A stretch of 64,000 nt of DNA. Origin: an uncultured Methanobrevibacter sp. (GTDB lineage Archaea; Methanobacteriota; Methanobacteria; Methanobacteriales; Methanobacteriaceae). The notes below the pieces were generated by a model. The model saw nothing but the letters and a program-made list of their open reading frames with translations, did no database searches and had not been told where the DNA came from. Every line of letters starts with the position of its first letter. Position 1 is the stretch's first letter. This document shows positions 31,036 to 40,747 of this stretch, piece after piece. The stretch lies in NCBI GenBank assembly GCA_902764015.1, contig CACWUH010000001.1:9883-73882 (forward strand). Reading direction: 5' to 3'. The position numbers were made by a program, and so were the translations under genes.

Positions 31036-31591
31036 ACTAACTTTTAACTTATTTTTTAAAGTGGTTCAAAATTTTTTGTTGAACCCTAAAATAGAAATAA
31101 TAAAAATAATGATTAAGTAAATTAAAATGAAAAAAATAATTTTAAAATAATTAATCAAAATTTTAATTTAAAGTTATGTCATAAGTGGTTCAAATATGAA
31201 CCGTTAAATGAACCACATCACATAACTAAACAAAAAACCTTGTTTTATTATTAATGAATTATTAATTATATAACTAGTATTTTTAAGATATTCTTAAAAT
31301 TTGAAAATTTAACAATTTTAAAAAAAAGCATTTTAATAAAAGTAGGGTTGAATTAAAACCCTAACAATTATTAAAAATTGGATAAATCATGATATCCAAT
31401 CAACACTCTAATTGATAATTTTGAATCAAAAGTATATAAATTTTTTTAAAAAACATTAAAGTAATACTTTATATAATAAAAGTAATAAATAGTTGTGCCT
31501 GGAACAGATAAAAATTTTAAAAAATTGGGAGAAAATAAATCATGGTAAAAATCAACACTCTAAAACCGTGCCTCCCAAAGGAGGTGAAGCG

Positions 31592-31657
31592 ATGGTTGAA
31601 ATGCTTTTTGACTGCATTATTTTTTTAGCGGTCAGTTATATTTCTAGCAGAATATAG
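31592..31657 (+). CDS. Putative 21-aa hydrophobic peptide
   Basis: GGAGGTGA SD at 31580-31587; MVEMLFDCIIFLAVSYISSRI. Confidence 0.45.
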   Translation: MVEMLFDCIIFLAVSYISSRI

Positions 31658-31837
31658 TTAGAAATATACTAGCATTTCTGATTTAAATTTGAAGTGAATC
31701 AAAATGAGAGGTTATAGTTTTCAAGGTGAAAGCTTCCAAAAAACGAAGTTTAATGAAGTGGAATTTTAATGTGTGACATATTTTTGTGAAATGGATATAA
31801 TAATCAGAGTGGATTATACCGTCCACCAACCATCACT

Positions 31838-32719
31838 CTAAATATTGCCCAAATAGACATTCCTGATTCCCTTTTCATGTGCAATCTCCCGAGCCTTAAA
31901 CAGAATCTCCGGCCTTGTCGGCGAAATGTCTGCCATCCTATAATATGGAAATGCCCTTGAAAAATGAAGGGGAACATCAGGACCCAACTCATCGGCTACA
32001 AAATCACATAACTCAGCAATCTCATCAACCGAATCATTGTAATCATTTATAATCAGATTGGTAATCTCAAGGTGTTTTCCCTCATCATAGACCCTTTTGA
32101 TATTGTCGAGAACAACATCCAGATCCGCACCGCAGACTTTTCTGTAGAAATCCTCAGACATTGACTTCAGGTCTATGTTGAAGGCATCCACAAAGCCCAA
32201 TACCTCATTTATTGACTTGTCCGAAAAGTACCCGTTTGTCACATAGATTACCTTCAGCTTTTTCTGACGGGCAAGAAGGGAAGTTTTCTTGCTGAAGGGC
32301 AAGTGTATCGTAGGTTCATTATAGGTCCAAGCAATCGACTTGCAATTGTATTTGAGTGCATTTTCCACAATCGTTTCTGGCGTTATCTTGATGCCTCTTG
32401 AAAATCTATCATATTCATGCGATATCATATAGTTCTGGCAGTGCAGGCAGGTCATGTTGCACCCGAAACCGCCTATCGAATATGTGAATGTCCCTGGTAA
32501 AAACTTATTTAATGGCTTCTTTTCAACCGGATCGGGACTTAATGATGAAACAATTCCATAACTTTCATCAAACAGCTCGCCGTTGATGTTTTTATGCTGA
32601 CGACAAATTCCGACACTGCCATCGGCTATCCTGCAGTAATTGGCGCAGATTTCGCATCTGATTTTCTGTGTCTTGGAGCTTTTCTTGTACAATTCCCTAC
32701 TCACTAACATAGTGCTCAT
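31838..32719 (-). CDS. AmmeMemoRadiSam-system radical SAM enzyme
   Basis: CEICANYC, DPVEKKPL, GCNMTCLHCQN, TYNEP, PLHFSR motifs. Confidence 0.88.
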   Translation of the reverse strand: MSTMLVSRELYKKSSKTQKIRCEICANYCRIADGSVGICRQHKNINGELFDESYGIVSSLSPDPVEKKPLNKFLPGTFTYSIGGFGCNMTCLHCQNYMISHEYDRFSRGIKITPETIVENALKYNCKSIAWTYNEPTIHLPFSKKTSLLARQKKLKVIYVTNGYFSDKSINEVLGFVDAFNIDLKSMSEDFYRKVCGADLDVVLDNIKRVYDEGKHLEITNLIINDYNDSVDEIAELCDFVADELGPDVPLHFSRAFPYYRMADISPTRPEILFKAREIAHEKGIRNVYLGNI

Positions 32720-33620
32720 ATCCCCTATTCCTGATTGTCTCAACATATCCGTTCTCCAAGGTCAGCTCCACAACATCGGAATCGGTGACCTCGCCGATTA
32801 CAATGCAGTCAATCGGCAATTTTTCCAAATTCTCCTTTGTGATTGTGAAAAGAAGCTCAAAGTCCTCACCGACATGCAAAATCAAATCCAGATAGTCCAA
32901 ACCCAATTCATCGGCCAGCTGCTTATACTCATCCGATACATCAAGCATCTCCTCATGAATCATGAAGCCGAAACCGTCCTTTTTAATCTCATACAATTCG
33001 CTTGCAAGCCCGTCGGTGATGTCAGTTGCGGAAGTGGCATAATCCCTTAAAACCAAACCTTCCTTTATTCTGGCTTCCGGTTTCAATGCCCTTTTGGTAT
33101 AAACATTATCTAAAGTGCCAATATTGAAGCCCAACGCCGCAATACCAATGTTGCCGGTGATGGCTATCAAATCGCCCTTGCTGTAGGTATCCTTCATCAG
33201 CGGCTTATCGCATAGCCCCAAAGCCGTCCCTGAAATAATGATTTCGGAAGCCTCATTGGTATCCCCGCCGATCAACGGAATCTGATAATAATCGCAGGCC
33301 TCAAGAACCCCATCGATAATTTGTTTAAATGAATCCAGACCCAAATCTTTGGGAAGCGCTATTGCAAGCAAAAATCCTAAAGGCTCCGCCCCCATGGCCG
33401 CCAAGTCACTAACGTTAACGGTTACTGCCTTGAATCCCATGTCATGATATGACATGTTTTCGGGAAAGTGCCTTGACTGTATCAGCATGTCAGCTGTGGA
33501 AATCAGATTGCTGTTGTTCAATGGAGTGATGGCGGTGTCGTCTGGCGTTATGGCTTTGGAATTGGAAATGATATACCTTATCAATTCCTTTTCACCGATG
33601 TCGGAGATTTTGAGAGTCAT
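32697..33620 (-). CDS. thiL: Thiamine-monophosphate kinase
   Basis: GEKELI, DDTA, NVSDLAAMGA, GGDT, DITDGL, GEDFELL motifs. Confidence 0.93.
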   Translation of the reverse strand: MTLKISDIGEKELIRYIISNSKAITPDDTAITPLNNSNLISTADMLIQSRHFPENMSYHDMGFKAVTVNVSDLAAMGAEPLGFLLAIALPKDLGLDSFKQIIDGVLEACDYYQIPLIGGDTNEASEIIISGTALGLCDKPLMKDTYSKGDLIAITGNIGIAALGFNIGTLDNVYTKRALKPEARIKEGLVLRDYATSATDITDGLASELYEIKKDGFGFMIHEEMLDVSDEYKQLADELGLDYLDLILHVGEDFELLFTITKENLEKLPIDCIVIGEVTDSDVVELTLENGYVETIRNRGYEHYVSE

Positions 33621-33680
33621 GAGTATTAGTATAACTTTCAAAACTAATAAGTCTTAACAAAAAAAGTAAAAAGTTCAGAA

Positions 33681-34127
33681 CTACAGGTGTTCTGAAACTC
33701 TATCCTTGATGATTTCAAACATCCTCCTGTCAACTCCAAGAGGGTCTGTAAGTATGATTTCACCGTCAAACTCGACCTCTTCCTCATCGTGGTCGTGATG
33801 GTGGTGATGATGACCGTGATCGTCTTCCTCATAATCGCTTTCGATTCCAAGAAGGCCTGGAATGTCCCTTTTTGTGTGAAGGCCATGTGCGACAAATACC
33901 GGCACGACAATTATTCTGTCCAAATCGTTTTCTTCTGTCAATTTCCTGATTGTTTCGGGAATGCCCGGCTTTCTGATTTCCATGAATCCGTATTCCACCG
34001 GCATGTCTGGAAACTCTTCAACGTACATCTCTTTATAAGCTTTGATTACCTCTTCGCCATCGTCCAGTCTTGAGCCGTGGCTTAAAAGCAAAATTCCTGT
34101 TTTTTCATCTGCCATATTATCATCCAT
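33681..34127 (-). CDS. cfbA: Sirohydrochlorin chelatase, single-domain CbiX(S)/CfbA
   Basis: HGSR, GFME, PVFVAHGLHTKRDIP, His-rich loop. Confidence 0.8.
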   Translation of the reverse strand: MDDNMADEKTGILLLSHGSRLDDGEEVIKAYKEMYVEEFPDMPVEYGFMEIRKPGIPETIRKLTEENDLDRIIVVPVFVAHGLHTKRDIPGLLGIESDYEEDDHGHHHHHHDHDEEEVEFDGEIILTDPLGVDRRMFEIIKDRVSEHL

Positions 34128-34200
34128 AATTAAGTTTTAAGTTAAATTCTCTTAAGTTATCTTGATTAAAAAATTCTTCAAAAAAATATATGGAAAACAA

Positions 34201-35115
34201 TCATTTTCCATCAATCATTTTAGCCAGAATGTCTATCAGAATGTCATCCGCCTTGATAGGCTCCGGATATAGGATTTCGCCATCGAATTCCACTGGAGTC
34301 AAATCGTGGACATGGTCATGGTCTGCGTGGCCATGGGAATGTGAATGGGAGTGATCATGCTCGTGGTCATCCAAAAATCCTAAAATATGCGGAATGTCAT
34401 GGGTTGTGTGCATTCCGGGAGCGATGAAGACAGGTACGACAACCAGTCTTTCCAGACCGTTTTCTTCGACTAATTTATTAATTGATTCGGGAATGCTTGG
34501 ACCGCACAGCTCCATGAATCCAAAGCTTGACGCCACATCGCAGGTCTTTTCGAACTTGTTGTATAATGCGGTTGCAAATTCTTTATTATAATTTAGTCTT
34601 GAACCGTGGGTTACAAGCAGGATTCCTGTTTTGGCGCTGTCATCCAATTCGGACTCGGCCAATGCTTCATCAATCCTTTTATTAATGATGTCAAGAAGCT
34701 CATCCCTTGGACCGATGCAGCTTAAAAGCTCTATCTCACCGTCAAAGTCAACGTCATCGGCTATTGACAGGTAATGCTCCGGCGGATAGTTTCCGTCAGG
34801 ACATCTCGGATCCACTTCCAAAGGTTCCAATCCCAACAATTGGGGAATGTCTATGTTTGTGTGGATTCCCGGTGCCAGAAACACAGGAAGTGAAATGATT
34901 TTGTCCAAACCATCGACTTCATCCTTTAAAATCTCAACGGCACCGGCAATTGTAGGGCTAGACACCTTCATGTAGCCTATTTCAGTTGCAAGGCCAGTTT
35001 TCTTGATGAACTTTTCCTTGATTTCAACAAATACCTCTTCAGCGTAAGGCAGGGTGCTTCCGTGACTTACGAGAATTACGCCGGTATTATTTGATAACTT
35101 TGAATTTGTATCCAT
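34201..35115 (-). CDS. Two-domain CbiX/CfbA-type chelatase
   Basis: Two HGS...PVF.APG.HT..DIP units; His-rich C-terminal loop. Confidence 0.85.
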   Translation of the reverse strand: MDTNSKLSNNTGVILVSHGSTLPYAEEVFVEIKEKFIKKTGLATEIGYMKVSSPTIAGAVEILKDEVDGLDKIISLPVFLAPGIHTNIDIPQLLGLEPLEVDPRCPDGNYPPEHYLSIADDVDFDGEIELLSCIGPRDELLDIINKRIDEALAESELDDSAKTGILLVTHGSRLNYNKEFATALYNKFEKTCDVASSFGFMELCGPSIPESINKLVEENGLERLVVVPVFIAPGMHTTHDIPHILGFLDDHEHDHSHSHSHGHADHDHVHDLTPVEFDGEILYPEPIKADDILIDILAKMIDGK

Positions 35116-35485
35116 AAGAGATAACTCCGTCTTTTCCATCTTCTCTTATTCTTCTAAATACCATTTCTACATCGTCGCCGATTTCGAGTGAATCCACATC
35201 GCAGTCGACGAGCTGTGTTGTCAATTTTGCACCTTCTTCAAGTTCGATGACAGCTACGGCATATGGAGCTGATTTCTTGAAGTCGTCTGGTGCTGATCTG
35301 ATTACTGAATAAGTATATATTTTTCCTTTTCCAGAAAATTGGAAAGGTTCAAGGTCTCCTTTTCTCCTGCAGTTAGGACATACCACACGTGACGGGAAGA
35401 ATACCTCACCGCAGGTGTTGCATTTGGAGCCTATAAGATTGTATCTCTGTTGTATATGACGCCATGTTCTTACAGTATCGGACAT
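35087..35485 (-). CDS. DUF35 Zn-ribbon/OB-fold protein
   Basis: CNTCG..FFP.R.VCPNC, GKIYTYS, IGDDVEMVFRR, YGYKF motifs. Confidence 0.9.
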   Translation of the reverse strand: MSDTVRTWRHIQQRYNLIGSKCNTCGEVFFPSRVVCPNCRRKGDLEPFQFSGKGKIYTYSVIRSAPDDFKKSAPYAVAVIELEEGAKLTTQLVDCDVDSLEIGDDVEMVFRRIREDGKDGVISYGYKFKVIK

Positions 35486-35835
35486 GTAAAGCCTCCTAAT
35501 AATTTTCAATATGTATAATTTATCTTAAATAATATAAAAAAGTATTGTATGAAGTATTAAAAGAGAAGATTTTTAATAAAGAATGGATTATTTTTAATTT
35601 GAATAATTATTAAATCTATATAGCTTATTTAAAATAAAAGTGTAAAAGATTTCTATGTATTTTTAAATAAGAAGTTCAACTGAATTACAACCTTATAAAA
35701 AGAGATTAAATTAATATTTTTTATAATAAAAAGTATTACCCAACTTTTTTTAAAATATTCAATCTATAATGTTTTAAAAAAATAATAAATGAGAAATAAA
35801 TCTCATTTCTACATTAAACGATGCAACAAAAGATA

Positions 35836-36798
35836 TTAATATGAAATACCGTTATCTTTAAGGATTTTCCTTAAAACCTTAATTTCATCGTCTTTTTTGG
35901 CAAGTATTGTTTTATTTTCAGCAATAGCCTTATCCTTTTCAGCAAGTTTAAGCTCATTATCAGCAAGTTTACTCTCACTTTCAGCAAGTTTAAGCTCACT
36001 TTCACTGAGTTTACTCTCACTTTCAGCAAGTTTGCGCTCATATACCTGCCTTGCATAATCTTCTTCGAATTCTGCTACAATTCTAAGTTTTGGATTATCC
36101 ACTATTTCTTCTAACATTTTTAACAACTCCTCTGCTTTAGATGATGGGCCAAAATATTTTTTAATCATGATTGATAATCCATAACCAACATGATCTCTAA
36201 AAGGCCTTTTTAAAGAAGTATCTTCATTAAACAAATGAACAAGCTTTTCAGTTATTCCTTTTGCTTCTTTTTTTGGAGCAAACATTGAAAGAAAAACAAA
36301 ATCAAGCCCCTCATCTTCATCAAGTTGTTCCTGATTATCTATTTTTTCTTCAATGTTTTTTAATCTTTCGATTATTTCATCCCATTCCATATGAATATAG
36401 ATAGGTTTGAGAATATCTGAGGATACCCTACTATATTCAATCTCTGATGATTCATAGCCATCAGTTATTATGATTACAGTAAGAACAGGCAAACCATAGT
36501 AGGTTTTAGCATAATCCTTATATTCTGAGACTATCTTAATTTTTTCTTTAGTTACATAAGAGGATTGGAATTCAACATTTATTAGAATTCTTTCAAATAA
36601 TCGGCAATTATCTGGCTCGACTAACATTAACCAATCCATTTCCCCTTCACTACCATCTCGCTTAACAATTCTTGTTGTGTAATTTCGTGCAAACTTTCCC
36701 GGCAGATGAAAATACTTATGTAAAATTGCCGGTATTGCATTCGTAAAGTATACATTTGTTACATCGTTTGCATGGTGAACTATCCTTTTTTTAATCAA
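35836..36798 (-). CDS. Rpn/PD-(D/E)XK-like protein with coiled-coil repeat tail
   Basis: MDWL...INVEFQS nuclease-like motif; GAGGTG SD before TTG at 36798; AT-rich. Confidence 0.65.
   Translation of the reverse strand: MIKKRIVHHANDVTNVYFTNAIPAILHKYFHLPGKFARNYTTRIVKRDGSEGEMDWLMLVEPDNCRLFERILINVEFQSSYVTKEKIKIVSEYKDYAKTYYGLPVLTVIIITDGYESSEIEYSRVSSDILKPIYIHMEWDEIIERLKNIEEKIDNQEQLDEDEGLDFVFLSMFAPKKEAKGITEKLVHLFNEDTSLKRPFRDHVGYGLSIMIKKYFGPSSKAEELLKMLEEIVDNPKLRIVAEFEEDYARQVYERKLAESESKLSESELKLAESESKLADNELKLAEKDKAIAENKTILAKKDDEIKVLRKILKDNGISY
35938..36033 (-). repeat. Imperfect 21-bp tandem repeats encoding KLAESES/KLSESEL/KLADNEL heptads
   Basis: Repeated TCAGCAAGTTTA.. units. Confidence 0.85.
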
Positions 36799-37058
36799 GT
36801 TAACCACCTCAAAAATTATTTTTTTAGAGATTTCATGAAATCCAATTACAAAGTATGTTAACACATATTACTATTAAATTCGACAGTATATAAACTTTTA
36901 ACGAGATTAAAGCAATATTTACTTGAATTAGTGAAAAATAAGCTCATAAATATATTGTTTTCAGTTTGTAAAAACAATAACACCAATATGCTTTTGCACA
37001 AAATCATACTGTCGCACTTCAACAATTACTTTATAAATTCCACTCCAAATTCTTAAAA

Positions 37059-38012
37059 ATGAAAGCGAAAAAGTTAGACTCAAAAGGTAACATAATTGTA
37101 GGCACCACCGCAATTCTGATTGTGGCGCTTCTGCTAATCTCAATTTTTGTCATTACCACAATGACACTTATCAAGGACTCAAACATTGATTCGGAGGCAA
37201 ACGACAATTTCAAATACATCATCGATGACTATTCGGACAATCTGGAAGTGCTTGGAAGGGATGCAATAGCCGAAGCTACACAAAAGGTGTACAACGGCCT
37301 GCCGATAAGAGACAGCGAAGATCAAATCAGTAAGAATCTTGACAAACTCTTGGATGATGAAAACAATGAATTCAAGCAAAAATACGACATCGACTTGTCC
37401 TCAGAGGTGATGTCTGTTGAACCAAGCGATTCGCCTTGGAAAGTATTGTTTAAAGTCAAGTTAAATGGTAAAAAGGATAACAATGAATTCAACCAAATAA
37501 TCGAGAGAAATGCATCAATCGAAGGCTTGAGAGACCCGTTGCCTATAGCCAAGCTAACGATAGCATCCGGCGTTATGGCATATGACGACAAAATCCACTA
37601 CAAGACCGCCCTTTCGGCATACATGCTTGTACATAATTTTGACTCCCCCGAATCATATATAGAGGCAACGGCGCCGATGACAATGAAAAAATGCCCGTAT
37701 GACCCTTATGTCCATCATGGAGATCCGGGCGTTTTGAGGGATTGTCTGGATACCGGATACTTTCATGAAAGCGCCGACGGCAGCTGCTATTTATGCCGGC
37801 TTGAGGGAAAGGGAAAATGTCCGCATTACGGCATGGAAGTCTTTATACAAACACATACCCCACTGGGAAACGAGTCCCTGTCCTGTTCAGACCATGTTGT
37901 CTTTGCAGACCACTATAACGGCGAGAAGATAGACCCCAACGATTGGGACAGCCTGATTCTTGATTCGTCGCACAGAAAAAAATACGGGTTGGTTGGAAAT
38001 GAAAGCTATTGA
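37059..38012 (+). CDS. Pilin-like (class III signal peptide-like) surface protein with Cys/His-rich C-terminus
   Basis: LDSKG|NIIVG followed by a hydrophobic helix; IEGLRDPL, CYLCRLEG. Confidence 0.6.
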   Translation: MKAKKLDSKGNIIVGTTAILIVALLLISIFVITTMTLIKDSNIDSEANDNFKYIIDDYSDNLEVLGRDAIAEATQKVYNGLPIRDSEDQISKNLDKLLDDENNEFKQKYDIDLSSEVMSVEPSDSPWKVLFKVKLNGKKDNNEFNQIIERNASIEGLRDPLPIAKLTIASGVMAYDDKIHYKTALSAYMLVHNFDSPESYIEATAPMTMKKCPYDPYVHHGDPGVLRDCLDTGYFHESADGSCYLCRLEGKGKCPHYGMEVFIQTHTPLGNESLSCSDHVVFADHYNGEKIDPNDWDSLILDSSHRKKYGLVGNESY

Positions 38013-38850
38013 AATCGGAATAATCCTGATAATAATCCTGGTGATCTTTGGTGTTATTTTAAGCTCCATTGAAAACTCCACCCAAAAGGCAATAAAGGAA
38101 GTTGAAGCGAACAATATGGAGAAACTGATTTCTGAAGTAGTTGACAATCTCATAAACAATCCGGGAGTCCCCGACAACTGGCAGGAATACGGCAAGGGCA
38201 CACCTGGCCTTGCAATCGTCAATGATGATGGCAAAATCGTGGCGAACAGCGTTTCCTATGCCAAGCTGATTGCCCTTGGAAACGATTACGACAAGCTGGT
38301 TTATGAAAAACTCTTCACATCGAAAATCCACACTTCAATGGAACTGATACCGAAGGAGAGCACCATTTCAAGTGTAAAAATCGGGGAGAATGTTGATGGC
38401 GAAAATATTTTCTCCCTCACAAGGCTTGTGAAATGTGACTTCTACAAAAGCTATGTCCTTAAAAGCCTTGAAAATGAGGGAAAGTGCAATAGGCATCATC
38501 CGCAGGACAAACATAGCTGCAACTACTTTAAGGTATTTCCGGGCAATCTCAAAAAGTCAGATTACTATCTGCTGATTGACGATAGCGAAGAGCATGACCT
38601 GTCATACATTGTAGAAACTACAAAAGCCGATGAAGACATGAACTGGAAAACTACGATATCCGATTCAATCCATCTAAACGATGAAATTGACTTTTATGAT
38701 GATAAAAGCGCTGTGGTCTTTGTCCATCTCGACAAACCCCATCCGAAGGCATTGCTAGTGTCCGTTCCCAAAGATTTCAACAGGGATTTTCTAAAATACG
38801 ATTACTTCAGGACAAACGAGTGCGAATTCGTCATTAAAGCATGTTATTAA
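37999..38850 (+). CDS. Pilin-like membrane-anchored hypothetical protein
   Basis: N-terminal E followed by a TM helix; LINNPGVPDNW motif. Confidence 0.6.
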   Translation: MKAIEIGIILIIILVIFGVILSSIENSTQKAIKEVEANNMEKLISEVVDNLINNPGVPDNWQEYGKGTPGLAIVNDDGKIVANSVSYAKLIALGNDYDKLVYEKLFTSKIHTSMELIPKESTISSVKIGENVDGENIFSLTRLVKCDFYKSYVLKSLENEGKCNRHHPQDKHSCNYFKVFPGNLKKSDYYLLIDDSEEHDLSYIVETTKADEDMNWKTTISDSIHLNDEIDFYDDKSAVVFVHLDKPHPKALLVSVPKDFNRDFLKYDYFRTNECEFVIKACY

Positions 38851-40115
38851 ATCAGAACACCTAACAAAAGTAGGGAAACTGAAATCAGGACCAGGCTTGA
38901 AATCGAATCTGTAATGCTGGTTGAAATAGGAATTACAATGTTGTCAGGGTCCAGGTTATGCTTATATGATGTTATTGAAACATAATAAACAAGGACAACC
39001 ATTATTGCAACTAAAATAAGGCCGGACATTGTGCTTATTTCAACTATCTTGTCAAATCCGACACCGACGACTCCCAAAGCAAAGGATGAGCCTTCGGCCA
39101 AAATGCCTATTAGAGGGAAGACAACAATGGCCAGAATGAAGCAGATTATGAAGTTGTGAAGCGCCTCGCCTTCAGGCTTGTTGAATGGCTCGACCAGACC
39201 TGAGTGAAGTCCTGATGACAATCTTGCACCCAAAATGCTTATCAGGCTTCCGCTTTCTCCTGAAAACAGCGGCAACAGAGTCAACAGACTTGGATTTGTA
39301 AGCAATGTCTCGACTGCTGAGTTCAGGATGCTTCCGGCTGCCCCTCCCAAAAAGGAACACAGAAGCAGGACCGGTGTGGACTGTCTCAGAATGGTCTTTG
39401 TCTCATAGGACAATCTATAGCAATAAATGAAGCTGACTGCAACTGCAACCAATATGACAAGAAGAACACCATCCTTAAAAATGAAGCTGAAGTTCATTGC
39501 CTGCAGGATGAAAATTGATGCAATGATTGCCGGTAGGGTCAGCAAATCCCCGAATGCTGCAATTATCGGACTTGTTATGTTGTCCGGGTCCCATCCATGC
39601 TCATAGCTTTTGAATGAAACAAACATTGTAATCGGAAGCATTATGAGATTTGATATAATGCCTGCAATCACACAAATCAGCATAAAATCAATCAAATCCA
39701 TTGATGGCTGATGAAGCAGAATACACAATACCTTGGATACCACAGCTAAAAACAGCGACAGCACCATCGTCAGGACAAATGATGAGTAAATATTATAGTT
39801 CAGCTGCTCTGAAAATTCGAATTCGGGTTTTATAATACCGATGTGCAGGTTGGTTGAAAGCCTTGATGCGAAGGAACCGAAAATGTTTCCCCTCATTCCG
39901 ATGGCTCCTGGAATCACTACCAGCAGTCCAGGGAACGTTTCCAAAAAGAAGGTCATCTTACCCAAAATAATGCCTGCACATAAATCCCCTATTGCACAGA
40001 TAAAAAGGGCGATTAATCCTTCCTTGATAATTGACTTGTGCTCTGAGTAAAACTCAGACCACTTTACAGATAGTGGAGTGCGAATCTTCTTCTGTCTGTC
40101 TGTCACACATATCAC
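38847..40115 (-). CDS. MgtE/SLC41-type magnesium transporter
   Basis: GMRGNIFG..ASRLST.LH.G and DPDN (twice). Confidence 0.9.
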   Translation of the reverse strand: MICVTDRQKKIRTPLSVKWSEFYSEHKSIIKEGLIALFICAIGDLCAGIILGKMTFFLETFPGLLVVIPGAIGMRGNIFGSFASRLSTNLHIGIIKPEFEFSEQLNYNIYSSFVLTMVLSLFLAVVSKVLCILLHQPSMDLIDFMLICVIAGIISNLIMLPITMFVSFKSYEHGWDPDNITSPIIAAFGDLLTLPAIIASIFILQAMNFSFIFKDGVLLVILVAVAVSFIYCYRLSYETKTILRQSTPVLLLCSFLGGAAGSILNSAVETLLTNPSLLTLLPLFSGESGSLISILGARLSSGLHSGLVEPFNKPEGEALHNFIICFILAIVVFPLIGILAEGSSFALGVVGVGFDKIVEISTMSGLILVAIMVVLVYYVSITSYKHNLDPDNIVIPISTSITDSISSLVLISVSLLLLGVLI

Positions 40116-40139
40116 TACCCATAATCATTTTTTCACTTC

Positions 40140-40736
40140 CTAGTCTTCTTCTAATTCTTCTGGAATGTCTTCAAGTGAACAGGCTCCGGCTGCCAATTTT
40201 TCAAGCAGGTCAGCTCCTTCGTCTGTTCCTTTTAAAATTAATGTATCGCCAGGCAAAAGCATGGTATGCTTGTCAGGTCCATATATCCATGATGAACCCC
40301 TTCTGATAGCAATCACCCTCATACCGGTACGATTTACCAATAATAAGTCGCCTAATGTATTGTTTGCAAGCTCTGATGAGTCATCGACTGTGACCCTTAC
40401 AATGCTTTTATCGGATTCTTCCATAACCATCTTGAATACTGGGTGTGGCTTGAACCCGGTTATCACCAAATCAGCCAAATCCTTGGCCGCATTTGCTATA
40501 CTTTCAGCCGCTTCGGCAATTTCAATCAAAGCTGTAAGTTTCTCAGCATCCTCATATGACCTTGCCGCCACAAGCGATTCCTTTTTGATTTCGTAATTCA
40601 TGGAGTTGACTTCGTTTTCAAGTGCGATGACCTCTTCTGCTGCAGCCTTACTGTTGAATAATACCGCCGAATAGGCCAAATCCACCATCAGCTCCGACAT
40701 GTTTTTCATTTCTATTAAAAGAGTTTTTATTGTCAA
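40140..40736 (-). CDS. PhoU + TrkA-C domain protein
   Basis: [15 protein letters not shown]; [14 protein letters not shown]. Confidence 0.85.
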   Translation of the reverse strand: MTIKTLLIEMKNMSELMVDLAYSAVLFNSKAAAEEVIALENEVNSMNYEIKKESLVAARSYEDAEKLTALIEIAEAAESIANAAKDLADLVITGFKPHPVFKMVMEESDKSIVRVTVDDSSELANNTLGDLLLVNRTGMRVIAIRRGSSWIYGPDKHTMLLPGDTLILKGTDEGADLLEKLAAGACSLEDIPEELEED

Positions 40737-40747
40737 TTCAAATTCCC

